Assembly (NCBI GenBank): GCA_903933805.1
Contig: CAIZLM010000076.1
Span: 2,377-66,376 of the forward strand
Direction: 5' to 3'
DNA length: 64,000 nt
Origin: an uncultured Bacteroidota bacterium
GTDB taxonomy: Bacteria; Bacteroidota; Bacteroidia; Chitinophagales; Saprospiraceae
Shown here: piece after piece, positions 48,150 through 56,844 of the stretch
Numbering within the stretch: the first letter of the stretch is position 1
Layout of the letters: each line of letters opens with the position of its first letter
Position numbers and translations under genes: made by a program
Notes under the pieces: model-generated
What the model was told of the DNA's origin: nothing
The model's input: only the letters and a program-made list of their open reading frames with translations
The model's database searches: none

Positions 48150-48226
48150 GTAACTTGTTAGGTTGCACGCTTTTTTGCAAAAAATGGCACTTTTATGTCT
48201 CAGACGCGACCACGCTAACCGGTTAC
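48150..48226 (+). mobile_element. MITE short (~77 bp) derivative
   Basis: gtaacttgttaggttgcacgcttttttgcaaaaaatggcacttttatgtctcagacgcgaccacgctaaccggttac. Flanks gtggtgct / gtggcact match at 6 of 8 positions. Confidence 0.75.
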
Positions 48227-48319
48227 GTGGCACTATTGCTGCTTTGCGCACCGTGTTTGATGTTGTTTCGTCCGTAAGTTGAAGTACTGAATTCTTCGCG
48301 ATTGTTTTGGTTTTTGCCC

Positions 48320-48949
48320 ATGCACACAACAAACCCAATATTACCACAGGTAGGAGATCTTGCGCCGTCTTTTGAGGTTACTACTTCAAAGGGCGTGGTT
48401 CGTTTTCCGGGATACAGCGATGGCTGCTGGTGTATTTTTTTTGCCCATCCGGCCAATTTTACCACTGCATGGACGATGTTTTCTGCCTTCTTGGCCATGA
48501 AAGAGCGTTGGCTCAATGAGCGCAACACGAAGGTATTGGCCCTTTCCAACGAATCACTGCGCCCCAACAACGATTGGTCTGACAAGGCACGACGCTACAT
48601 AGGTATATACCTGAAAGCGCCCGTGATCGAAGACCTTGATTTCCAAATTGCCAAGATGTACGGACTTGCTTCGGGCCGACGTCCTCAGAAAGGTTGTGAT
48701 CGCTTGGCGGTTGTCATTGATCCGGCGGGGATTGTACGGCTCATTATCCACCGCCCATTGCCCAATATAGAAAGTGCTTTGTTGGACATTGAGCGCGAAC
48801 TTGACCGGTTACAAGGCAAAATGGTAGAGGCCGCGCACGGAATTCCGGATTTTTCCTTGCCTGAAGTACAAGAGCATTCCGATGCCAGTGGGGTTGATTA
48901 CAAGCACAAAGCGGCACATTTTCCCAAAAAGAAGTTTTTTCAAAATTAG
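48320..48949 (+). CDS. Prx6 (1-Cys peroxiredoxin)-like protein lacking the peroxidatic cysteine
   Basis: ATG at 48320. Aligns to Prx6 (GDLAPSFEVTT..G.VRF....W.I.F.HP.(D/N)FT), but PANFTTAWTMF replaces P.DFTPVCTTE. Confidence 0.7.
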   Translation: MHTTNPILPQVGDLAPSFEVTTSKGVVRFPGYSDGCWCIFFAHPANFTTAWTMFSAFLAMKERWLNERNTKVLALSNESLRPNNDWSDKARRYIGIYLKAPVIEDLDFQIAKMYGLASGRRPQKGCDRLAVVIDPAGIVRLIIHRPLPNIESALLDIERELDRLQGKMVEAAHGIPDFSLPEVQEHSDASGVDYKHKAAHFPKKKFFQN

Positions 48950-49175
48950 GTTGGCGCCTCTTGAAATGCAACGAACCGGCGCCCGGGCCGATGTTGTGGT
49001 GGGGGCCGCCGCTGGGTTGCTGTCAGTAGATCAGGACACGTAAGAAGACAGTTCGAAACGCGCTCTGGGTTTGAGGACGGTCGTAGCCAAGTGGTTCGTC
49101 GGGTAAAAGCGGAGGATAACGCGCTACTACCCGTCAAACAGACGCATAAGATCAACAACTGAAGTGGGTGTTGCG

Positions 49176-50198
49176 TTATTTTTTCTTCACAATGATATTG
49201 CTCACCCCAGTCAGACGCTTCAGGTCGTCTATGTTGTCTTGGATTTCTGAAGGGTCAGTATAATTGAATTGAATGCCGACCACAAACCCTTTTTTCTGTT
49301 GATAAAAGACGGAATAGCCTTCATTTTCAAGTGTTTTTCGCAGTTTTTCGGCGTTTTCGCTTTGGCTGAGGGTTGCCACGATGAGGATACATTCACGACC
49401 ACTTTTCACTTGTTTTCGCGCGGCGGCAATACGTTCATTCACAGATTCTTGTACACTTTTTTCTGTGGGCGCCGCTGCAGCGGGTTCGACTGTTATTTTT
49501 TTTGTTGCTTTTGGTTTGGGTACTTCTAGCGTGGTGTTATCCGACGTATTGTCTGTTTTTTTATTTTGTTGCCAATACCAAATTCCGGCGATGATAGAAA
49601 CCAGGAAAAACACAATGCCTAAGATGGGGCCAAGGGAAGATTTTTTACTGCGCTGGGGGGCGTACGTTGATTCCGGCATGGTGGGCGGAGGCATCGAAGC
49701 AAGCGTCTCGTTGCTGATTGGCGTGTCTTCCCGTTGGTTGATTTCGGTTGTATGGTGCTCGGATACTTCCCTAGAACGGGCGATGGGGGAGAATTGTAGG
49801 GGCGGAAGGCCGTAGGAAGCGGCATTGAAATTGGTTGAGTCGGGTAGAAACTGAATTTTTTGCACATAATTCTTGTACAACCGGCCCACACCCGACAGGG
49901 TAACTATTTCCCTTTGGCTTAGCAGGTTTTTCATTTTCTCCACAAATTCATCCACTACTTTTTGTGCGCTTTCGACGCTAATACCGTGTGTTAGCGCAAT
50001 ATCATTGATCAGAATACCGTCATCAACGGTCAGATTTTCACTGAAGGATAGTATTTTTGAGGGTGAATTCACGGTCCCTCCCACGTAGTCTGTCGTGGCT
50101 GGCGTACGGGTGGCGGTGAAACCGCCAAAGCCTGGGATTACCAGCGCTTCATGCAGGAAAAGCAATTTTTCGATGTGGGATGGAATGTCTATTTGCAT
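49176..50198 (-). CDS. HU-like (HU-CCDC81 type) N-terminal domains, TM segment and C-terminal SPOR domain protein
   Basis: LLFLHEALVIPGFGGFT... and DDGILINDIALTHGISVESAQKVVDEFV are HU-fold-like. TM helix ILGIVFFLVSIIAGIWYW. C-terminal ~75 aa are SPOR-like. Confidence 0.65.
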   Translation of the reverse strand: MQIDIPSHIEKLLFLHEALVIPGFGGFTATRTPATTDYVGGTVNSPSKILSFSENLTVDDGILINDIALTHGISVESAQKVVDEFVEKMKNLLSQREIVTLSGVGRLYKNYVQKIQFLPDSTNFNAASYGLPPLQFSPIARSREVSEHHTTEINQREDTPISNETLASMPPPTMPESTYAPQRSKKSSLGPILGIVFFLVSIIAGIWYWQQNKKTDNTSDNTTLEVPKPKATKKITVEPAAAAPTEKSVQESVNERIAAARKQVKSGRECILIVATLSQSENAEKLRKTLENEGYSVFYQQKKGFVVGIQFNYTDPSEIQDNIDDLKRLTGVSNIIVKKK

Positions 50199-50274
50199 AA
50201 TACCTGACGTTTTTTGAGCAGTTGGGGGCGATTCTTGGTAGCAGCGAGACAGGAATTTTATAAAAGAATAATAA

Positions 50275-50297
50275 TTTAGGTGGTCGCGACCAGTTAC
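50275..50297. repeat. MITE end fragment
   Basis: ttaggtggtcgcgaccagttac. Confidence 0.4.
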
Positions 50298-50463
50298 AAT
50301 GTATTGAATGTAAATGCAAAATTACGTTTTTCGCAGTGGAGAAGCGCAAAAATACTGTATGAAACTTCAATCTATATTGGTTCAACTGTTTTTTGAAAAA
50401 AGCATGGGCACTTTTGGTACTAAAAATACAATAACCCCTGTAAATTTGGGACATTAAATGGTC

Positions 50464-50625
50464 GTAACTGGTTAGGTGGCACGCTGTCTGGCCCAAAAAG
50501 GCCTATTTTCCGTCCTACTTCGCAGGCTTTTTTGACCGTAGCGCTGCTACAGCCTGTAAAAATCAGCTTCGTCTGGCAAAAAACGGCCTCTTTTTTGTCT
50601 CAGACGCGACCACATAACCCCTTAC
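50464..50625 (+). mobile_element. MITE-like element, full length
   Basis: gtaactggttaggtggcacgctgtctggcccaaaaaggcc ... ttttttgtctcagacgcgaccacataaccccttac. Ends 27 nt before the Nudix gene ATG. Confidence 0.85.
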
Positions 50626-50652
50626 ATAAGGGAGACATCTAGTTTGTTATCA

Positions 50653-51348
50653 ATGAGTGAAGTCGAGAGTTTCTTTAAATCAGCCTTTTCGGTTGACAAT
50701 GTCATTTTTGGGTTTGATGGGGGAGATTTAAAAATCTTGCTCATCCAACGCGGCGCCGCACCGTACAAGGGTAAGTGGGCGCTTCCCGGTGATTTGGTGT
50801 ACCCGAATGAAGACCTTGATGCAGCTGCTGAACGGGTGCTGGAACAACTGACGGGCCTTCGCGGTGTGTACTTGGAGCAAGTAAAAACGTTCGGTTCTGT
50901 CAACAGACACCCGCTGGGCCGCGTGATCACCGTAGCCTATTTTTCCCTGATCAAAATCAGTAATTATACCGTAACACCGGCATCATTTGCCCAATCGGCC
51001 CAATGGCATCGGTTGTCTGATGCCATTGACCTCGCTTTTGACCACGCTGAAATTCTGGACAGTTGTCTTCGACGCCTCAAACGAAAAGTGCGCACGGCGC
51101 CTCTCGGGTTTGAGCTACTGCCGCCCAAATTCACACTGTCTGAATTGCAACAACTGTACGATTCCGTGTTGGATTTGCCCAAAAAACTGGACAAGCGGAA
51201 TTTTAGAAAAAAAATACTCTCCATGGGCTTCCTCGTAGCATGTGCCGAAGTGCAAGAAGGTGTGGCCCACCGCCCGGCAAAACTCTACACCTTCGATCGG
51301 GAAAAATACGGACAGTTCCTCAACGAGGGCTATGTGTTTGATTTGTAG
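50653..51348 (+). CDS. NrtR-like Nudix-fold protein with C-terminal winged-helix domain
   Basis: Nudix fold with a degenerate box GDLVYPNEDLDAAAERVLEQLTGL (REUxEE becomes RVLEQL). The C-terminal ~90 aa are of wHTH type (FTLSELQQLYDSVL...RNFRKKIL). Confidence 0.65.
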   Translation: MSEVESFFKSAFSVDNVIFGFDGGDLKILLIQRGAAPYKGKWALPGDLVYPNEDLDAAAERVLEQLTGLRGVYLEQVKTFGSVNRHPLGRVITVAYFSLIKISNYTVTPASFAQSAQWHRLSDAIDLAFDHAEILDSCLRRLKRKVRTAPLGFELLPPKFTLSELQQLYDSVLDLPKKLDKRNFRKKILSMGFLVACAEVQEGVAHRPAKLYTFDREKYGQFLNEGYVFDL

Positions 51349-51349
51349 G

Positions 51350-51513
51350 CTAGTGCCGCGTCCAGTCAATAGCCCATGAATGTGGCGGTCCAATTTTCCC
51401 TTCCTCTGCGTTGTTCGTCGGTTACAATATCCCGTATTGGGCCCTCCTCACGCCTTCATGAAGGAAAAATTTGCCTCCCCAATTCATCGGCGATTAACTG
51501 GACGCGGCACTAG
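51350..51513. repeat. 164-bp element bounded by ~25-40-bp inverted repeats, single copy in window
   Basis: ctagtgccgcgtccagtcaatagcc (51350-51374) against the reverse complement of ggcgattaactggacgcggcactag (51489-51513), with 2 mismatches. The right arm contains the stop codon of CDS 51510-53768. Confidence 0.7.
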
Positions 51514-53768
51514 TGCCGCACCAGTTTCCCCACTTCCCGTTGTTTCCCGGAGAGTACCTCAATGGTGTACAGGCCGGATGGCCAGTTTTTTACATCAATA
51601 AAGCTCAATCCGCCGTCGATGCTGGCGTTACCGATTGCTTGTCCCAAGGTGTTGAATGCACGCCAAGTGCCGCTCTTGCCGGGCCATTCAATTTTTGCCC
51701 AATTCGAGGTCGGGTTGGGGCTTATTTTCAGGGTAGATGGCAGTGGGTTGGGCGTTATAACCGACGTGCTGCAGTCTGTGAGTTCTGTTTTGAAGAGTGA
51801 AAGCCCCCCCCGATAGTTGCCCACCACCATTTCAAGTTTGCCATCGCTGTCCAAGTCGGCGATGGCTGGGTGACTGCGACTGCCGAGGTCGATATTCCCC
51901 CATTTTAGGTCGGTCGGAGGGTAGGGATCTTCCAGGTTTTGAGCTACAAAATAGGCTTCCAAGTGTCCACCTTGCGTGCCGACCACCATAATCGGACCGT
52001 CCTGTGTTTGAATGATGACAGGTGCACAATAGCCGGCAGCATCTTCCAGCGTTCTGGTGTCTATTTGGCCAACCTTTCCGTAGGTTGGGATTGCAGGAAA
52101 AATAGGCTCGGTGGACGAACCATTGTTTCTGAAAAAATTCACATACCCCGTCCTTTCTCCAACCACCAAATCAACCAGCCCATCCTGGTCCAAATCGTAG
52201 ATAAACGGTGTTGAAACGGAACCCACAACATCCATTTGCACCCACATAACATTGAAGTCCCGGATTAAATTCATGGGTTCGTCGGGGCCTGCTTGGTTGC
52301 GGTAGCAGTACAAGCCACCAATATTGCTGCCCACAACAACATCGAGCGCACCATCGCCATCGAGGTCGCCAAACGTGGGGGAAAAGTCATAGTCACCCGT
52401 GGTAAATTCTGACATACCGAGCCAGTCGCTGTCGGCCAGCCGAAATTGCGGTAGGGTAGGGGTGCCTGTGTTTAAGAAAAGAAACAGCCGGGCGTTTACC
52501 GCGACGCCGCCTGAATAATAACCGTAGTTGCCCACCACCAAGTCGGTCAACCCATCCCCGTTGACATCTGCGAAGGCCGGGTGCGACATGGTCCCAATGT
52601 CCACCATGTTTTCGGTAAAGAGGTCTCTTTGTCGAAACTCAAAATAGTGCCCGGCAGAAGCGGTGTTTTCGTAGTACCAGACATTTTTGCGATCTTCTCC
52701 AATGGTGGGGTTATTCGGCGCCACCACCAGGTCTTTTTTACCGTCGTTGTTCATATCCAGATAATACGCGGCCGGAAACACCGCTAAATCCAATGGGACA
52801 TTGTATTCCGGGAAGTTGGTTTGTTGGCTGGTCATCCAGGCGTGCGTGTTGCTGCCACCATTTTCCAGGTAATTCAAACAAGAAAAGGAGACGTCGCCGA
52901 GTACAATTTCTTTGTCGCCATCGCCCTCTTGGTCGTAGGTCATCAGCGTAGAGCCCGGGTGCAAATTTCGGTCGTCGGCGTCGCCTATCGCACAAGGCGC
53001 GCAACAGTCGGGTGTTGGCGCTAAGTCACAGTAGCAGGATTCAAGGCCGCTCTCGTACATACCGCCCCAACACTGCGTAACGAGCCGAAAACGCATGTCG
53101 TCGAGCCCCAAGCCCAATTCCACCGATTGGTTTTCCAGCAGCCAGATATGGCCACCTGCGGCGGCTTCAAAGGTGACAACATCCATGTCGCCATCGCCAT
53201 TGATGTCATCAAAAGCAGGAATATCGCCTTTGTTTACCGGCAGGTTGTTCCAATCACCAGGCATATCTTCGTCAGGGTAGTGAATATACAAGGGGTCACA
53301 GATCGTACACCCAGGAAGCTGAAAAAGGTAGGGTGTAAATTTCAGGATGTTGCCGTCATAGTAACCTTTGTATGCCTGGATCTCCTGCCGGCCTGCTGCA
53401 ATAGAGGCTGTGAAAATGTCGGCAGCACCGTCTTTGTTAAAATCCCGCATGACGACATAGTCGATCAGTACCGGAAAAAAGCAGGTGAACTCCGGGGCAT
53501 AGGTATAATCCACCGTATGGGGGGTGCCACTGTTCAAAAAAGTATGCAGGCTGTTACCAGCCCGGTCGAACACAACCAAGTCCTGAATGCCATCATGGTT
53601 CAGGTCGGCTTCTGAAAATTGCGGCGTATTCAAGCCACCCAAAAAAGGGTATTTCAGGCTTACGCCATTCACTTCAACCGGATAAGAAAGGCGTTCAAAT
53701 GTTTGTATTTGAGCAAATATTTGACCCGATAGGAATATCATCAGCAGTTGCAACCAAGTTGTACGCAT
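51510..53768 (-). CDS. FG-GAP/VCBS-repeat protein with T9SS type-A C-terminal domain
   Basis: ATG at 53768 (MRTTWLQLLMIFLSGQIFAQ). Repeated D.NGDG..D.V motifs. CTD is ISPNP...FNTLGQ...WPSGLYTIEV. Confidence 0.8.
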   Translation of the reverse strand: MRTTWLQLLMIFLSGQIFAQIQTFERLSYPVEVNGVSLKYPFLGGLNTPQFSEADLNHDGIQDLVVFDRAGNSLHTFLNSGTPHTVDYTYAPEFTCFFPVLIDYVVMRDFNKDGAADIFTASIAAGRQEIQAYKGYYDGNILKFTPYLFQLPGCTICDPLYIHYPDEDMPGDWNNLPVNKGDIPAFDDINGDGDMDVVTFEAAAGGHIWLLENQSVELGLGLDDMRFRLVTQCWGGMYESGLESCYCDLAPTPDCCAPCAIGDADDRNLHPGSTLMTYDQEGDGDKEIVLGDVSFSCLNYLENGGSNTHAWMTSQQTNFPEYNVPLDLAVFPAAYYLDMNNDGKKDLVVAPNNPTIGEDRKNVWYYENTASAGHYFEFRQRDLFTENMVDIGTMSHPAFADVNGDGLTDLVVGNYGYYSGGVAVNARLFLFLNTGTPTLPQFRLADSDWLGMSEFTTGDYDFSPTFGDLDGDGALDVVVGSNIGGLYCYRNQAGPDEPMNLIRDFNVMWVQMDVVGSVSTPFIYDLDQDGLVDLVVGERTGYVNFFRNNGSSTEPIFPAIPTYGKVGQIDTRTLEDAAGYCAPVIIQTQDGPIMVVGTQGGHLEAYFVAQNLEDPYPPTDLKWGNIDLGSRSHPAIADLDSDGKLEMVVGNYRGGLSLFKTELTDCSTSVITPNPLPSTLKISPNPTSNWAKIEWPGKSGTWRAFNTLGQAIGNASIDGGLSFIDVKNWPSGLYTIEVLSGKQREVGKLVRH

Positions 53769-53960
53769 AACGGCAGTGGTTTTAATGTTGGATTTGCCTT
53801 TTTCAAGGCAGGAAAATATTGGGTGAACAATGCACAAAACTACGCTCGAAAAACCACAGCATTACCATGGTACATGGAGGTCGGCCAACTTATGACAAAA
53901 AACATACAAGAGGAGCCGTTCATGGCTGTTACATTTGCGTCAAATTCAACATCCTTGACC

Positions 53961-56333
53961 ATGAAAAGCACTGTTGTAACCCGCTGCATTGTCTGCTTAT
54001 TCACCAGTTTGTTTTTACTATCGTACGCACACGTGTTTGCACAAACACTCCGGGGCACCGTTGTGGAGTTTGGGGGCGCTCAGCCCATCATGGGCGCTAC
54101 TGTGATGGTGTATCCCAGTAAAAGCGGTGGTTCTGCCATTGCTTTGGCGACCAACCCCGCCGGTGAATTTGCCTTTGAGCAGCTTCGCGCCGGGTACTAT
54201 CGTTGTGAAGTGCGTGCTGTGGGGTATGAATCGGTGCTTATCACCGAAATTCCGGTGGTGGCCGGGAAGGAGCAGGTGTTCAACCTTGAATTGAAGCCGG
54301 TTGTCGCACAGTTGCCCGAGTTTACCGTTACAACAGGCTTGCCGCCTGCCCGCCGCCCACAGCAACCCTTGGGTGAAATCCCCCTTTCTCGCGACCAAAC
54401 GCTGCGCTTCCCGGCCATGTTTTTTGATCCGGGTCGCCTTGCTGCCGCCTATCCCGGGGTATCCCAGACCGACGATGGCACCAATAGCATGAGTATTCGT
54501 GGAAATAGTCCCGCTGCGCTGCGCTGGCGCCTAGAGGGCCTCGATATCGTAAACCCCAACCACTTGCCCAATGCAGGCACCTTATCAGATGCGCCAGCAG
54601 CAGCCAGCGGTGGTGTATTGCTGTTTTCGGCGCAAATGCTCGCAAACTCGGCCTTGCTAACAGGCGCTTTTCCGGCTGGATACGGTGATGCCGTTGGTGG
54701 GGTAATGGATATGAACCTGCGAGCAGGAAATGATCGAAAGCAAGAATTCACCGTACAAGCGGGCCTCGTGGGTCTTGATGTGGCCGCCGAAGGACCATTG
54801 GGTAAACACCAACAGGGTAAGTCATCTTACCTTGTCAACTATCGATATTCTACGGTGGGACTGCTCGGACAATTGGGGGTGTCCTTTGGCGATGAGCAAA
54901 TTAATTTCCAGGATTTGTCGTACAACCTTCATTTTACCGGGAAAAAAGGAGGGAAATATACTTTTTTTGGATTGGGCGGTAAAAGTGAAAACATCTTCAA
55001 GCACAAAGAAGACACCACTGAAGTCAAGTACGACAAAGAGCGATACGACATTGATTTTAAGTCCGAAACTGGCGTGGTGGGTGGCTCCGGAAAATGGCAG
55101 TTGGGGGCTGGAAATTGGCTAAAAACAGCCTTGGTTTATTCACTGCAAAACAACGACTGGCACAAATCTGCTGTTTTTTATCCGCCACCTTACGCCAAAG
55201 ATGAAAGGAGAGAAGAGCGCCTGGCGGCATCGCTGGAATGGCATGTTGCGCTTCAGCGCCACCTGCTTTCGGTGGGGACGCAAGTTTCACGCATCTTCTT
55301 TCACGCCAATATCTTAAAGGTACAAACGCCCGGATCGGTTTATTACGCCCCATACAACCGTCGTCTGGCGTACACCAATGCCCAGCCATGGTTGCGGTGG
55401 GATTGGGCGACCCACAACGGGCGCTGGAATACCCAGTTTGGCGCTCAATTTCATTACAATGATGTGTACCGTAAAATTGCGCCGGCACCCAGGGGTACCG
55501 TGACTTACCGGGCGACGCACAAGCACAAAATTGCGTTGAGCGCCGGGCTCTACCAACAGGATGCACCCTGGTGGATGCAGGTCGAAACTTTGTCACAAAC
55601 CGGCATTAGCACCAGTGTGCCGTATATTTCATCGGCTCAGGCGGGGTTGCGCTATACCTGGTATGCCGATCTTTTTTGGAAAATCAGTGCAGAGTTTTTT
55701 CACCAACAGACCGACCATATCCCGGTACAGGCCTACAACCAATCATCTTTGATCAATACACCGGAGTATATCGGGGACCTTCCGCTGGTAGGGCGTTCAC
55801 GCGTTCGCAACAACGGTGTGGAGATCAGTGTCGAACGCAGCCTGCAATCAGGGTGGTTTGTTCTGGCCAACGGCACATTTTTTGATGCTCGGTACCAGCT
55901 ACAGGGCGGCAAGTGGCTTCATTCCCGTTGGGATATCGGGCACCTGAGCAATGTCACTTTCGGAAAAGAGTGGGAGCGGGATAAGTCGGCTACCACCACC
56001 CGAACAGTGGGGGTAGGCGTGCGGGGTGTTTGGGCAGGCGGGGCCCGCGAAGCCGACATTGACCGAACGGCTTCTGCCTTGGACCAACAGACTGTTTTAG
56101 ATGAATCACGCGGGTATTACCGCCAAGCCGCCGACTATTTTCGGGTAGATTTACGGGTGTATTGGAAACGCAGCTTGGGCCGCCGCCGCAACAGTACCTT
56201 TGCCCTCGACATTCAAAACCTGACGGCCCAGCAAAACTTGGCCTACCATTATTACGATCCTTTCACACACAACGTCGAAAACAAGTATCAACTCGGAACC
56301 ATCCCGAATTTTAGCTGGAAAATGGAATTCTGA
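53961..56333 (+). CDS. TonB-dependent receptor-like outer-membrane protein with CarboxypepD_reg N-terminal domain
   Basis: ATG at 53961 with signal peptide. LRGTVVE...GATVMVYP...GEFAFEQLRAGYYRCEVRAVGY is CarboxypepD_reg-like. Plug-like region SIRGNSP, and the protein ends in F. Confidence 0.7.
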   Translation: MKSTVVTRCIVCLFTSLFLLSYAHVFAQTLRGTVVEFGGAQPIMGATVMVYPSKSGGSAIALATNPAGEFAFEQLRAGYYRCEVRAVGYESVLITEIPVVAGKEQVFNLELKPVVAQLPEFTVTTGLPPARRPQQPLGEIPLSRDQTLRFPAMFFDPGRLAAAYPGVSQTDDGTNSMSIRGNSPAALRWRLEGLDIVNPNHLPNAGTLSDAPAAASGGVLLFSAQMLANSALLTGAFPAGYGDAVGGVMDMNLRAGNDRKQEFTVQAGLVGLDVAAEGPLGKHQQGKSSYLVNYRYSTVGLLGQLGVSFGDEQINFQDLSYNLHFTGKKGGKYTFFGLGGKSENIFKHKEDTTEVKYDKERYDIDFKSETGVVGGSGKWQLGAGNWLKTALVYSLQNNDWHKSAVFYPPPYAKDERREERLAASLEWHVALQRHLLSVGTQVSRIFFHANILKVQTPGSVYYAPYNRRLAYTNAQPWLRWDWATHNGRWNTQFGAQFHYNDVYRKIAPAPRGTVTYRATHKHKIALSAGLYQQDAPWWMQVETLSQTGISTSVPYISSAQAGLRYTWYADLFWKISAEFFHQQTDHIPVQAYNQSSLINTPEYIGDLPLVGRSRVRNNGVEISVERSLQSGWFVLANGTFFDARYQLQGGKWLHSRWDIGHLSNVTFGKEWERDKSATTTRTVGVGVRGVWAGGAREADIDRTASALDQQTVLDESRGYYRQAADYFRVDLRVYWKRSLGRRRNSTFALDIQNLTAQQNLAYHYYDPFTHNVENKYQLGTIPNFSWKMEF

Positions 56334-56337
56334 ACGG

Positions 56338-56820
56338 ATGGTGACGCAATACAACAGTAATATGGCCCGCATGTCTAACAAAACCACCATGTTGAAAGCA
56401 TTGTTCTGGATGGCCTGTATAGAGTGTGTTTCTGTGTTGACGTACGGACAAGCGCGCGACAGCACGTCTGCAACGTTGGACAGTTCTACCATGGTGCGGA
56501 AAGACACCTTTGCCGGGATTGTCACGGATTCTTTCTTCCACCGCCTTGGTGCTGTTCCGATGCGCAACACCAAACTTCAAATCCCGTTCCAGTACATTGG
56601 AAAGGATTCGGTGTGTATTGCCAGAACATGGACCAACGATCCCCATTACCTATCATCATATCCACAGGAAAACCTCGTACCCGGCAAGTGGTATCACCTA
56701 GAGGTATCTTTTTACCACAAAGACCGCCCTGGATATTTCAGCAAAATGATGGGGTTTTATCTGTCCAACGGAGAAAACATTCTTTTCAAGTTTTCCGGAA
56801 CCGTAATGCCTGATCCATAG
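56338..56820 (+). CDS. hypothetical secreted protein
   Basis: ORF 4 nt after the receptor gene. The signal-like segment MLKALFWMACIECVSVLTYGQ suggests the true start may be 56371 or 56389. Confidence 0.5.
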   Translation: MVTQYNSNMARMSNKTTMLKALFWMACIECVSVLTYGQARDSTSATLDSSTMVRKDTFAGIVTDSFFHRLGAVPMRNTKLQIPFQYIGKDSVCIARTWTNDPHYLSSYPQENLVPGKWYHLEVSFYHKDRPGYFSKMMGFYLSNGENILFKFSGTVMPDP

Positions 56821-56844
56821 CACAAGAATATGGCTGTCAAGCGC

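Noticed and set aside
3673-50625. Dispersed repeats considered as a CRISPR array
   Set aside because: Spacing is irregular (from about 100 bp to over 6 kb). Copies occur in both orientations with genes between them. The unit is about 160 bp with terminal inverted repeats and target duplications. No cas genes are present.
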